From NCBI GenBank assembly GCA_963735595.1, contig CAVTLK010000005.1:192001-256000 (forward strand): 64,000 bases of DNA, read 5' to 3'. This document shows, in pieces, positions 11,787 to 23,593 of this stretch; position 1 is the stretch's first letter; every line of letters starts with the position of its first letter. Below the pieces are notes generated by a model. The model searched no databases. It was not told the origin of the DNA and saw nothing but the letters and a program-made list of their open reading frames with translations. This stretch comes from an uncultured delta proteobacterium (lineage in GTDB: Bacteria > Desulfobacterota > Zymogenia > Zymogenales > Zymogenaceae). The position numbers and the translations under genes are program-made.

Positions 11787-12590
11787 ATGAAAAGAAGGAA
11801 AGATAGTAGGAACGGCAAACCGTCAGAAGGTTTCCGGGTGTTCGCAATCCTGGCCGTGCTTGCGGCAGGAGCGTTGCTTTCGGCATGTACTAAGGCGCCG
11901 GCAGAGTACGCGGTAAAATCGGTGAAGGTCGGCTTCACGAATATATACTTCATCCCCTGTGAAGGGGGCCTGCTTCAGATTGACTGCGGGTATCCGGGTG
12001 ACTATGAAGAATATCTCAAAAAGGCCGCGGAAATAGGCATAGACCCCTCCGACGTGCGCTACCTGCTGCTCACCCACCACCATGACGACCATGCCGGGTT
12101 TGCGGCGGAGTTCGTTTCAAAACACGACGTGACCCTCATCGTTCACGAAAAGGCGCTGGGGCCGCTGGCGTCCGGCGCGTCGGTCGAGGATATGCGTCCG
12201 GTCAATGGGTGCGTTAAGGCGGTCTTTTCGGTCTTCTCGGGATTTCACGAGTTCGTGTTTCCCCCGTTCGTACCGCGGGAAACGGACTTTATATAGACGG
12301 GGATAACGGGGCTATCCTTAAGCGGATCGGCGTCAACGGCGTGATTATCTCCACCCCCGGCCATACCGACGACTCGATCTCGGTGGTGCTTGCCGACGGG
12401 AGCGCGTTTGTGGGGGACGTGGCGATGAATTTCTTCGGGATCTGCGGGATAGAGCATCGTCCGATCTATATCAAGGATATAGAGCAGGTCTATACAAGCT
12501 GGCGGCGCCTGCCGGGAGTTTGGAGCGCTAACGATCTATTCGTCCCACGGTGAGCCGTTTGACGCCTCGGGGCTGGTTCCGGTCCGATAA
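11787..12590 (+). CDS. MBL-fold metallo-hydrolase, probable lipoprotein; frameshifts near 12290 and 12515
   Basis: LLSAC lipobox, THHHDDHAG, TPGHT, VGD, SHG motifs. Confidence 0.83.
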
Positions 12591-12602
12591 GAGGGCGGCG
12601 GC

Positions 12603-13130
12603 TTAGGCCGCCGCCGATTTCCCGGCCACGCGGGCGGCCTTCTTTGCCGCCATCTTCCGCAGAAACCTGATCCATGGCCCCCATGTGGCCGGCTTTTTTG
12701 GCCCGATGCCGAGCCGGGATTCCGCGCGGTCCAGCGCGTCCTCCAGCAGGGCGTTATGCATCGGCCGGATCATGCAATACCAGGTGAGCCACGTCTTTGG
12801 ATCGGCCGCCGCGTCTATCGTATGGCGGAGGATCACGTGGGAGCGCCGCGGGATGACCTCAAAGACGTGCCTCCCGTCCCAGCGTGCCGTTAATCCCGTC
12901 CCGTCAAACCGAAACTCCGCGATCCTCCCCGGTAGGTAAGCGGATACGGAGTACCGAATCGGGCCGTGGCCGCCCCGCGCCCCGACCCCGAGCGGTGCGT
13001 CAAACTGCATGGGAGGCCACTGGCCGCCCGGCCACAGCCGGTCGTCTTTGCTTGAAAGCGTATTCAGTATTGCCCCAACGTTCTCGGGCGGCGCTTCGAG
13101 GCGCCGCTCATGCACGTTCCAGATCTTCAT
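12603..13130 (-). CDS. SRPBCC/DUF2867-like protein
   Basis: NVHER..DRLWP..GARGGHGPIRY..IRPMHNALLEDALD; GGAGG RBS. Confidence 0.7.
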   Translation of the reverse strand: MKIWNVHERRLEAPPENVGAILNTLSSKDDRLWPGGQWPPMQFDAPLGVGARGGHGPIRYSVSAYLPGRIAEFRFDGTGLTARWDGRHVFEVIPRRSHVILRHTIDAAADPKTWLTWYCMIRPMHNALLEDALDRAESRLGIGPKKPATWGPWIRFLRKMAAKKAARVAGKSAAA

Positions 13131-13708
13131 CACTACCTCCCATAACGGAACGATACGTTGTCTCAATAAGCCGGTCGACGATGGCCGGCGGCTGTTGCCC
13201 CCGGTCGAGGTGACGCCGCGTGGCCGCGTAGGGGACGTCGATCAGGGCGAAGGCGGCGGTGGAAAGCGCCTCCTCCGTGACACTCCCGAATCGCTCCTTA
13301 ACAAAGGCGCGGACGCCCTCGCTCAGCTCCCGCGGCAGCGCCGCTACCCGTCCCCTCAGCTCTTCGGGCCACTGTCCCGCGATCAGCTCCTCCCTCCTGA
13401 AGAGGAGCAGGACCCGCCCCTCGTTGAAATGTCCTCTGACCCAGCGCGGCGTATAGAGCGCGGCCGCAAGGCCGTCCGCCGCTCGCCAGGGTCTCGAGGA
13501 ATCCGTCCTGAAAGGATTCGACGACGTCAAGCCAGAGCAGCGCCAGGATCAGGTCCCGCGACGGGAAACGGTGGTAGATCGAGCCGATCGGTGCGCCGGT
13601 CTGACGCGAGATCGCGGACATGGTCACACCTTCCGGTCCGCGCTCGGCCAGGAGTTCGAGGGCGGCCGTCAGGATCCGGTCGCTGCTGAATCGTGCGTTT
13701 CTTCCCAT
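13108..13708 (-). CDS. TetR/AcrR family regulator; frameshift near 13490
   Basis: MGRNARF..ILTAAL..VTMSAIS..GAPIGSIYHRFPSRD HTH. Confidence 0.85.
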
Positions 13709-13719
13709 AATGCCGTCGT

Positions 13720-13748
13720 ATAATAGAATATATATTCTAATATGTCAA
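13720..13748 (-). promoter_or_regulatory. Sigma70 promoter with a perfect 16-bp palindromic operator
   Basis: TTGACA (13748-13743)-17 nt-TATTAT (13725-13720); TAGAATATATATTCTA at 13724-13739. Confidence 0.75.
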
Positions 13749-14003
13749 CTCTTTTCGAGCGTATCGAACCCTGTTTCTTTATCATATTCCGGCTCCATTC
13801 GACGGGCCCGGGGGATTGAGCGGAGGTCGCCGAACGGAAAGCGGAAATCACCGGGGTTACTACTTTTCATTTGACGTATCAGTATTGTGACTATAGACTA
13901 ATAGATATCCCGAACTAGTCAACTTCACTGATCTGTCTTCTCGCTTTTTTCAGCCACGCTGTTCCGGTTGCTGCCGATAGACCATAAGACAGGAGATACT
14001 TCT

Positions 14004-15779
14004 ATGACTCCAACCGTGACACGCCGAACCTTTGTCGGGCTGGCGATCTCCTCGGCCTGCCTTGTCACCTCACGGCCGACCGAGGCGCCCGCCGCGCTGT
14101 TCACACCGGATTTTATTAATGAGGACAAGCGGCGAATTCTCGATTACGTCTTTGCGCTCATCGACAGCCGTTTCGACGGGGCGGCCGATGTCACCGCGCC
14201 CGTCCTCTCCCATCGTTTTTCCCTCAACGAATTCGAAATGGTATGGGTGGCCTTCCTGAAGAACAGGAAGGTCATCGCGTGTAAGGGGAGGGTTATTGCC
14301 CAGCCGACGACCCAGGCGTCGTTTCTGGACGCCGTAAGGATCTCGACCAACAGGAGCCTTGATGATACGCGGTTCATCGACGATATCACGAAGAGCGATG
14401 TGCAGGACCTCGAGCTTGTGGTGCATATCAACCGGGACATCGTTACGCTGAGGAAGACGGACCTCGCTTACCTCAAGGAAAAGATAGAGCTTGGCGTCCA
14501 CGCCTTTAAGGTCCAACTCGGCAAGTACGGCGCCTGGTACCTCGAAAACGTCCCGATCACCTCCAACCTGGACCTGAAGGCATCACTCAGGAGGCTGTCA
14601 AAGAAGGCGAAGCTCCCATCGGACGCCTATACGGATCCCGACGCACAGATCTTAATGTCCGATATGTACACGTTCAAGGGCAAACGCGCCGGCACCGGTG
14701 ACGACCTTTTCCGCTATTCGATCCTGGTCAGGGACGAAGACATATCCAACGGTTTGATCGAGAAACGGCTGGCGCTCGCCCGCGACTGGTACCTGAACAA
14801 CGTCAACCCGACAACCAAACGGGTCAGCTATCTCTATTACCCCGTCACTAATAGCTACTCGAAAGACAATAACGAGGTGAGGAACCTCGCGGTTCTCTAC
14901 ATCCTGCCCGAGCTCGCCCATTTCCTTGGCGACAGGTCCCTGGATAATCTGGTCGAAACTACGACGGACTATTACCTCACGAAGGTCAAACGGACCGGGA
15001 GGTATTCTTATATCGACATCGACGGCAGCACGAAGATAGCTTTTAACGCCTTTATGATCCTCTCACTTATCAGGCAGCCCGACTATCCCGGGTCGCTGGA
15101 GAAGGCGGCCGAACTGGCGGAGGGGATACTGTCTCTTCAGCAGCCGGACGGTTCGTTTAACACGTCCTTTGGCGGGGAGACCACCGGCATTGACTACTAT
15201 CCCGGGGAGGCGATGCTCTCGCTCATGCGGCTTTTCCAGGTAACCGGCGACACGCGTCTCGCCGACGCGGTCGCGCGGGCGTTCCCCTACTACCGGGACT
15301 ACTGGAGGGGCAACAAGAACACGGCGTTTGTGCCGTGGCACTCACAGGTTTACTACCTCCTTGCCGAGCATAACCCAGACCCCGAGATGGAGGCGTTCAT
15401 CTACGAGATGAATGACTGGCTCATAAACACTTATCAGATCTTCAGAGACGACTATCCCGATAAGATCGGCGGTTTCAAGAAGGACGATCCCCGCAACTCC
15501 ACCTCGAGCTACATGGAGGGTATCAACGATGCCTACCGGACGGCCCTGCTGTTCGGTAACCGGCGGCACATCGAGAAATACCGTGACTCGCTACGGGCCG
15601 GAATACGTTTTGTCCTGCAAACGCAGTTCACGCCTGAGAACGCCTTCTGGGTAAAGAATCCCACGCGGGCAATCGGCGGCTTCAAGGAATCGCTTAAAAA
15701 AGTAAGCCAGCGAAACGACTATACGCAGCACGCGACAAGCGCGCTCATTAAGGCGCATGGGAATAAGATATTTGACTGA
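14004..15779 (+). CDS. Tat-signal protein with AMMECR1-like N-domain and alpha/alpha-toroid (six-hairpin-like) C-domain
   Basis: TRRTFVG twin-Arg motif; SLDDTRF, IELGVHA, LSKKA; LSLQQPDGSF, YYPGEAMLSL, RNDYTQHA; AGGAG RBS. Confidence 0.65.
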   Translation: MTPTVTRRTFVGLAISSACLVTSRPTEAPAALFTPDFINEDKRRILDYVFALIDSRFDGAADVTAPVLSHRFSLNEFEMVWVAFLKNRKVIACKGRVIAQPTTQASFLDAVRISTNRSLDDTRFIDDITKSDVQDLELVVHINRDIVTLRKTDLAYLKEKIELGVHAFKVQLGKYGAWYLENVPITSNLDLKASLRRLSKKAKLPSDAYTDPDAQILMSDMYTFKGKRAGTGDDLFRYSILVRDEDISNGLIEKRLALARDWYLNNVNPTTKRVSYLYYPVTNSYSKDNNEVRNLAVLYILPELAHFLGDRSLDNLVETTTDYYLTKVKRTGRYSYIDIDGSTKIAFNAFMILSLIRQPDYPGSLEKAAELAEGILSLQQPDGSFNTSFGGETTGIDYYPGEAMLSLMRLFQVTGDTRLADAVARAFPYYRDYWRGNKNTAFVPWHSQVYYLLAEHNPDPEMEAFIYEMNDWLINTYQIFRDDYPDKIGGFKKDDPRNSTSSYMEGINDAYRTALLFGNRRHIEKYRDSLRAGIRFVLQTQFTPENAFWVKNPTRAIGGFKESLKKVSQRNDYTQHATSALIKAHGNKIFD

Positions 15780-15835
15780 GTGCCCGGCCGGATACAGCGG
15801 GAGCGGTCTTAGCCGCTTACCGACTGCGAGTCACT

Positions 15836-16039
15836 ATGGATATCCTAACGATTCTCAAGAAGCCCTTCATTATTCCCTCCCTGCTTGCAGGGCTCATCGT
15901 GGCGTTTCGGATCGCTATACTCTTTGTCCAGTACGTACAAAAAAAGATACGGCATCGCAGACAGGAACAGGCGCGGGCGAGAGCCCGGGCGTTAAAGGGG
16001 AAGAGTGATCAACCTCCGATCTCGCCCGATAAGTCGTGA
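15836..16039 (+). CDS. Small single-TM hypothetical protein
   Basis: 67 aa, hydrophobic N-terminal half then basic tail. Confidence 0.5.
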   Translation: MDILTILKKPFIIPSLLAGLIVAFRIAILFVQYVQKKIRHRRQEQARARARALKGKSDQPPISPDKS

Positions 16040-16302
16040 AATCCATTATCTCACTTGCATACCGATCGGGAACCCATGATAGATGAACTCGTCGGTGATG
16101 GGGGCCCGAAATCGTCCCAATTCACCCCTGTAACCGTTATTGTCTCTTCGGTCACCTGATCCGGGGCCGATTTTACGTAAGGAAAATCTAATAAAGTAGA
16201 AGTTGAGCGTGAATCCTTTGGGATGAACCGCCATCTATAATACTACCTAAACGATAGTACTACTAATGTAGTAGTAAAACCAATAAAGGAAGGAGAAAGG
16301 CC

Positions 16303-17415
<1,113 letters not shown>

Positions 17416-17480
17416 ACCAGGGGTCTAAGTCACGAGTATACGAGGTAATATGAGTAAGATCGATGTGAATAGAAGAAAGT

Positions 17481-17510
17481 AAAAGGCCCTCGGAAGTGAG
17501 GGCCTTTTCT
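17481..17510. terminator. Bidirectional intrinsic terminator
   Basis: AAAAGGCCCTC-ggaagt-GAGGGCCTTTT between convergent genes. Confidence 0.85.
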
Positions 17511-17567
17511 TATGGACAGGAGTTCGGATTGATCGCGGCGGGACTGCCGTCGAACGACATGCCGTCC

Positions 17568-18275
17568 CTAATTCAGCATCGCATCATACACCTTCCTGAA
17601 TGAGTCGGGAGACATCACGAAGTACTGGTAGAGCTTTCCGTTCATCTTTTCGGCGATGTACCGCGCCATATCGGTCTGTGTGTCAAACCCCTTGCTGACC
17701 CCGACCGTGAGCCCCTTGAATCGGTAGCCGTGGATGTAATGCCACCGGCCGGTCGCTGCGTCCCGGTATACCGCGACGGCGTGAATCAGCAGCCCGCCCG
17801 AAGTCCTGGCCTCCACCGAGATGATGCCGGCCTCGTAACCGTGGTAAATGAGCGCATCGACGATAAGAGCGGCGTAGTCCTCACAGTCGCCCGACATGCC
17901 CTTGATCGTTTCCTCGGGAGACTGGGTATGGTTCATGGTGCCCGGCCTTTCTCCCCTGTACGAAATGCGGCAGGAGCCGAGGTACTGCTCGATCAGCTCG
18001 GGCGTCGTGAGCCCGGCGCGTATGTCGTTCCAGGCCGGATTTGCGGACAGCGAAATCGGGGAAGGGTTTGTTCCGGCGATCGGGCCCGCGGACGGCGTAG
18101 ACGGCAAAACCTCCGCATGAGCGATCGAGCCCGGCGTCAGGATCAGCACTAAAACGAAAAAAAGTGCGGGCCTCCCGCCGCGCCGTACAACGCTTCGGGC
18201 CGGCCCGCCATGGAGAGAAAAGACTCGCACTATATGTGAAATTATGGATTCTTTACGTTCTGTCATGTTGCCCAT
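17568..18275 (-). CDS. Exported transglutaminase-like cysteine peptidase domain protein (start uncertain)
   Basis: QSPEETI..GDCEDYA..HAVAVY; hydrophobic signal-like segment ending AHA. Confidence 0.72.
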   Translation of the reverse strand: MGNMTERKESIISHIVRVFSLHGGPARSVVRRGGRPALFFVLVLILTPGSIAHAEVLPSTPSAGPIAGTNPSPISLSANPAWNDIRAGLTTPELIEQYLGSCRISYRGERPGTMNHTQSPEETIKGMSGDCEDYAALIVDALIYHGYEAGIISVEARTSGGLLIHAVAVYRDAATGRWHYIHGYRFKGLTVGVSKGFDTQTDMARYIAEKMNGKLYQYFVMSPDSFRKVYDAMLN

Positions 18276-18317
18276 CGGTTCTTTTCTTGAGACTATCCAA
18301 GTACCCGGAATAAGGTT

Positions 18318-18333
18318 TGCAAACGATGTGCCA
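18318..18333 (-). promoter_or_regulatory. Sigma54 (RpoN) -24/-12 promoter
   Basis: Minus strand TGGCAC-ATCGT-TTGCA matches the consensus; AT-rich IHF-like tract upstream (~18357-18376). Confidence 0.75.
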
Positions 18334-18839
18334 GAATACGCCGGCGAGGGCACGCTAACATACTGATATTATTAACACTATCTGACGGCTTTTTCGAGGT
18401 ATTTCGGGGATTGCCGGCATGAAGAAAGGCCGAATCCCAAAAGTATCAATAAATACTGATAGTTATAATACGGGAAGTCTCCCGGATCGGTGCAGACAAA
18501 CTTTGCGGTGACGAACATTTTTGCACACTACCTTTTTCACATACGTCAGCGGCGCTATTCGAAGAAGAGGCGGGCGCCGCTTTGGAGCAACGGAGGATCT
18601 CACACCTATCATTCACCTCATGCGATACAAAACAGGGGTAATCGATGGCCGATGAATTCCGTGCGCCGCCGCGGTACGGCCCTGCTCCTCCGCGGTGCCG
18701 ATGGCGAGGGGGCCGGCACGCCGACGATTTTCGGACAGTGAAACGGCGGTTTTTAAGGTACAATAGAGCCGCCGGCTGACCGCGGGGTCTTTCTTCCGCG
18801 GCGCTGCAATAAAGCGGATAGCCGACCGTCTTACAGGGT

Positions 18840-19406
18840 ATGGAGGCGAGTTTGACCAGACAGCATCTCATCAATTTCTGGACGGCGGAACGGGACCGAC
18901 TGGTCCGGTACGTCAGGGGCCTTATCACTGACGCCGCCGACAGGGACGGGGAAGACGTGGTCCAGGACGTCCTGGAAAACATCCTCCGGCAGCTTGACGT
19001 CAACCGGCCAATCGAGGACCTTGAGGCCTATGTATATCGCGCCCTGAGAAACAGGGTTATCGACCTGTTCAGGAAGAGACGGGATATGACCTCAATTGAC
19101 GCCGCGTTGGATGATGATGCCGAGCTTTCTCTCTCGTCGCTCCTGTCGGATACGTCGGCAAGCGCGTTTGACGAAACGTACAGCTTGGAGGTCCGATATC
19201 GAATAATCGAGGCCGTCGAGGCGCTCAGGGACGACGAAAAGGCGGTCGTTATCGAGACGGAATTGAACGAGCGGACCTTTAAGGAACTGGCAGAAGAGTG
19301 GGGGGTTCCCCTGGGGACACTCCTGTCGCGAAAGAGCCGGGCGCTGGCCAAGATCGCCGACGCCCTGGCCGATCTCGAAGAAGAATTGGAGGTTGATAAT
19401 GTGTAA
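18840..19406 (+). CDS. ECF-type RNA polymerase sigma factor
   Basis: EDVVQDV, YVYRALRNRVID, TFKELAEEWGVPLGTLLSRKSRA. Confidence 0.9.
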   Translation: MEASLTRQHLINFWTAERDRLVRYVRGLITDAADRDGEDVVQDVLENILRQLDVNRPIEDLEAYVYRALRNRVIDLFRKRRDMTSIDAALDDDAELSLSSLLSDTSASAFDETYSLEVRYRIIEAVEALRDDEKAVVIETELNERTFKELAEEWGVPLGTLLSRKSRALAKIADALADLEEELEVDNV

Positions 19407-19899
19407 CACAAATCAGGAAAAGAAGCGGCGATTCGGATTCGGTGGAATTGCCGCGCCGATGCGGTTTTGTCGGAATGATGATCGTCAGGCTCTTTTTTGT
19501 CGTCGTTTTCGCCCTGGTCCTGGCGGTCGTTGTCATGTGGCTGTGGAACTGGCTCATGCCGGGGTTCTTGGCGCGGCCGCGATTACCTATTGGCAGGCCT
19601 TCGGGCTGATGATACTGGCCAGGCTCGTTCTGGGCACGCTCGGGATGGGATGGAAGAGACCCCACTGGCACGCCGCAAATACGGTGGGAGATCGTTTTGA
19701 GCATTACCGGAACATGTGCGGCGATATGGGCAGACAGATTGGGAGCCGGCAGACGGGTGTCGACAACACGATGAAGTGGTGGCACAACTACAAACGGTTC
19801 TGGCACGACGAGGGAAAGGCGGCCTTCGACGCATATATGAAACGGGCCAGGAGGGAGAGCCGAAGGGCAAGACGGACAAGAAATAACGACGGCCCATGA
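19399..19899 (+). CDS. ECF-associated membrane protein; frameshifts near 19460 and 19560
   Basis: Reconstructs to ..VVMWLWNWLMP..ITYWQAFGLMILARL; overlaps the sigma stop codon. Confidence 0.6.
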   Translation: MCNTNQEKKRRFGFGGIAAPMRFCRNDDRQALFCRRFRPGPGGRCHVAVELAHAGVLGAAAITYWQAFGLMILARLVLGTLGMGWKRPHWHAANTVGDRFEHYRNMCGDMGRQIGSRQTGVDNTMKWWHNYKRFWHDEGKAAFDAYMKRARRESRRARRTRNNDGP

Positions 19900-19949
19900 G
19901 GCCGCCGTTACGGACGGATTCGATACGAAGGGGGACGCTGGCGTCCCCC

Positions 19950-20638
19950 CTATTTTTTTTCCCTTTTCTTTTGTGCCTCGGCCACCTCGTAGCTCCGCAT
20001 CGATTCCACCATTTCCCGGGTCGCGGCGGGAAGCTCGGTAACGGGCTTTCCCGTGGCCAGCGAAAGGGAGTAGATATGGGCGACCTTTTCGAGGAGCTCG
20101 GCTGCGAGCATCGCCTTGTCGAGGGTCTTTCCGAGGGCGATGATACCGTGGTTCTGGATGATGTAGGCGTTGGCGTTGTTGGATAACTTGGACGCAACGT
20201 TATTAACAAGGTCAACGCTCCCCGAGAGGCCGTACGGCACTACCTCGACCGCGGGTCCGAGGGTAAAGGAGACCTCGTCGAAGAGTGCGGGAATCGGGTG
20301 ATTGATCAGGGCAAAGACGCTGGCGAAGATCTGATGGGTATGAACGACGGCGTTGACATCGGGTCGGTATCGGTATATGACCGCGTGCATCCCCGCCTCG
20401 ACCGACGGGCGCCCGCTTCGCCTCGACAACGGCGCCGTTAAGATCGACAACGCAGATATCTTCAGGCAAAAGCTCATGATACTTTAACCGATGACGGCGT
20501 TACCGCCATAAGGGAATCGCCCCCGATACGGACCGATACGTTGCCGCCGGTTCCCCTGGTCGAACCGAAGAATCCGTGTTCGCAGAGCCAGAGGCTCGCC
20601 TCGAGCACCGCCTTTCTGTCGCTTTCGTAGTTTCCCAT
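19950..20638 (-). CDS. Class II aldolase/adducin family protein; at least 2 frameshifts
   Basis: GTGGNVSVR, PSVEAGMH, AVVHTH, IIQNHG; AAGGAG RBS. Confidence 0.85.
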
Positions 20639-20717
20639 GTGCTGTTATTATCTCCTTGTCACGCAGGTTCGAGTCAGGCGAAATACCGGGTAACCGGCGC
20701 CAAACCTGCCGTTATGT

Positions 20718-23383
20718 TCACGAGGTCATGGTCGGCCGCTTGTTCCTGGAAAGCCTCGTCTTAGTCTCTTCATCGGGGGTGGGGCGCGATCCCGTCCAGC
20801 TGAACGATTCCAGCGCCCCGGGATTGAGGATATGGTCGGGCCGCCGGCCATCGAGGAGCTGTGTGAGCTCTTCTGCCGCTATGGCGCCCTGATGGGCGGC
20901 GGTCTCGGCAGTGTTGCCCCCGATGTGCGGCGTGGCAATCACGTTCGGCCGGCTTACGATCGCATCGTCGGAGGCCGGTGGCTCTACCGAAAAGACGTCC
21001 AGCGCCGCCCCGGCAAGCCGCCCCGATTCGAGGGATTCCCGAAGGGCCTCGTCGCTGACGAGAGAGGCCCTGGCCGTGTTGATGAAGAAGGCTCCCTTCT
21101 TCATCCGGGCGAACGCTTCCCTGCTCATCATCCCTTTCGTCGACTCAATGGCCGGTGCATGGAGGCTGACGAAATCGCTTTCGGAAAGGAGCTCGTCCAT
21201 CGTAACCTTCCGCGCGGACAGCAGGGCTCCCGCCCCCTCGTCAACGGTGGGGTCGAAATATATCACCCGGGCGCCGAAGGCCGTAACCCTCCGGGCCACG
21301 GCGGCGCCCACGCTCCCCAGCCCGATCAGCCCGACGGTCTTCCTCCAGAGCTCGTTACCCTGGTAGGCAAGATACGCCTCTCCCATCCGCGCCATATCCC
21401 CCGCCTCGATACCTCCCGTCTTGAGGAAATCTGCGGAGGCCGGCATCCTTCTTGCCAGCATCACCATGAATGCCACCGTCAGATCCGCCACGGCGTCGCT
21501 GTTTCTGCCGGGGGTGTTGACCACCGGTATCCCGAATGCGGTGGCGGCCTGGATATCGACGTTGACCGCATTGCCGCGGCAGCAGACGATCATCCGCAGG
21601 TCGGCGGCGTCGCGTATCGCCTCGTAATCGACGATATCCATCTCGGTAATCAATACGTGAACCCCGGCCAGGGCGCCGCTGAGCTTCTGCCCGCCGTCGT
21701 ATATAGTCATCGTCGAGCGCCAGTCGCCGTAGGTTACATCCCCGAGCTTTCGCAGCGCCTCGAGGGCACGGTCGTCCATGGAGGCCGTAACGAGGATCCT
21801 GGGGCGAAACGAGGGGTCGGCGGCGCGGGCGGCCGCGGGTGATGCCTCGAAGAGCGACATCGTGAGGAGGTTTCCGATTTCCTGGTCGGCTTCGCGCCGC
21901 TTATCGTGGGCCTGACGCCACCCCGTGTAGAGGCTTTGATATTTCGGCGAAGCGCCGGTTGGTTGATGCTCCCGAACTATTTGTGTAACGCCGCGGGCGC
22001 CAGCCGCCGAATCGGGAAAGATCCCGGCCCCAACGCCGGCGAGTATCGCCGCGCCCAGGGCGCTCGCTTCATGGGTTTTCGGCACGTGAACCGGCACTCC
22101 CGTCACGTCGCTGATGATGCCGGTCCAGAGAGCATTCCGGGACATCCCGCCGGTGACCGTGATCCTTTCGACGGAGCGGCCCGAAACGGCGGCGATCTGC
22201 TCGAGATTGGCGCGGACGGAATAAGCGATGCCTTCCAGGAGTGCCCGGGCGAAAGCCGACCGGCCACGGGTTGCGTCTTTCGTCACCATGTGGGAGAGCG
22301 AAAGGTTTCCCACGGGTATCCCGAGGATTCTTCCGTCGAAGATCGCCGCCCCGAGGGTCGAATAGATCCCCGAAGCCCCCGGAACCGAGCAGGCGGCCTC
22401 CGCACAGAGGGCGGCAACCGGATCGGCATAGCCTCCATACATGATCTGGGAAAACCAGTCTATGGCGTCACCGGTCATCATGCCGTTGCTCTCAAGGACG
22501 AAAAGGCCCGGCACGACGTGCTGCCCGCTCCAGAGACGGCCCTCGGGATCGATGATCAGCCGGTCGGTGACAAGCTGAAGCGGCATTGTCGTGCCCGCGA
22601 TCACCGCGAGCTCTCCGTCGCCGACGGCTCCCGCCCCGAGGAGGCCGCACTGGGTATCCGCGCCGCCGGCGGCCACCGGTATGCCGGGCACCAATCCCAA
22701 GACGTCCGCCGCCGCCTTGGTCAGCGAACCCAGACGGGCGCCCGGTTCTATCGTCCGGGGGAACAGGGAGACTGAAAGGCCCAGCGATTCGATAAGGTCG
22801 GCGGCCCACTCCCGCTTTTCCTGTGAGAAGAGGAGGGTTTCCCCGCCTGGGACCGCTCTGCGAAGACGGCGCCGGAAAGCCATAGTCCGACCCAGTCCGA
22901 GAGCGACAGGACAATGCGGGCCTTTTCGAACAGACCGGGGGCGTTGTTTTTCATCCAGAGGAGTCTCGTGCCCAGGAAGAGGGGGCTGGGCCAGTGGCCC
23001 GATACCTTGTGGACCTCGGCGCCGCGCTCCATTGCGAGGACCGCGCCCTCGCCGAGAGCGCGGGCATCACGATTCGGGGTTGCCATGAGGATAGTGTGGT
23101 CGGTGTCCAGCACGACGGTCGTGTTTCTCATGCTCGTTGCCGCGATGCCGACAACATCGCCGGGGGCGGCTTTCGACTTGGCAAGGGTATCCCGGACCGC
23201 CCGTCCGAGTTTTGTGATGATGTCCCCGGTGTCCAGGTCAAATCCGAGCCCGTTAGTGTTGGGTGCTACCGGATGAGTCCATGCCTGCTGCGCGGTCCAG
23301 ACCCCGCCGGAATCGGGGTCCAGGAGGAGGCAACGGCCCGACCCGCCGCCGACGTCCAGCGCCATAACGTATCTTTTTTTCAT
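20718..23383 (-). CDS. FGGY-family sugar kinase fused to D-2-hydroxyacid dehydrogenase; frameshift near 22850
   Basis: ALDVGGGSGR, ATSMR, GGADTQ, LLEGIAY, GGMS; then in frame TPGRNSDAVAD, GLIGLGSVG, INTARA, LDVF..EP, TPHIGG. Confidence 0.88.
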
Positions 23384-23593
23384 AGACGTTGAGTCACTCC
23401 GATAAAGGGATCTGTTCGGGGTTTGCGCGGAGGTTTTCCCGCTGCTGCTTTACTCTATCAGAATGGTATGCCGATGACAATGGTTTTCTCGGGAGCGTGC
23501 CCGCCGAAACATTCCTCGAAAAGGTCCCGCATGTCATGCAGGCGCGCCACGGTGCCCCGCGCCGCAGACGCAGTCCTGCCGGTTCCCGCAGGA

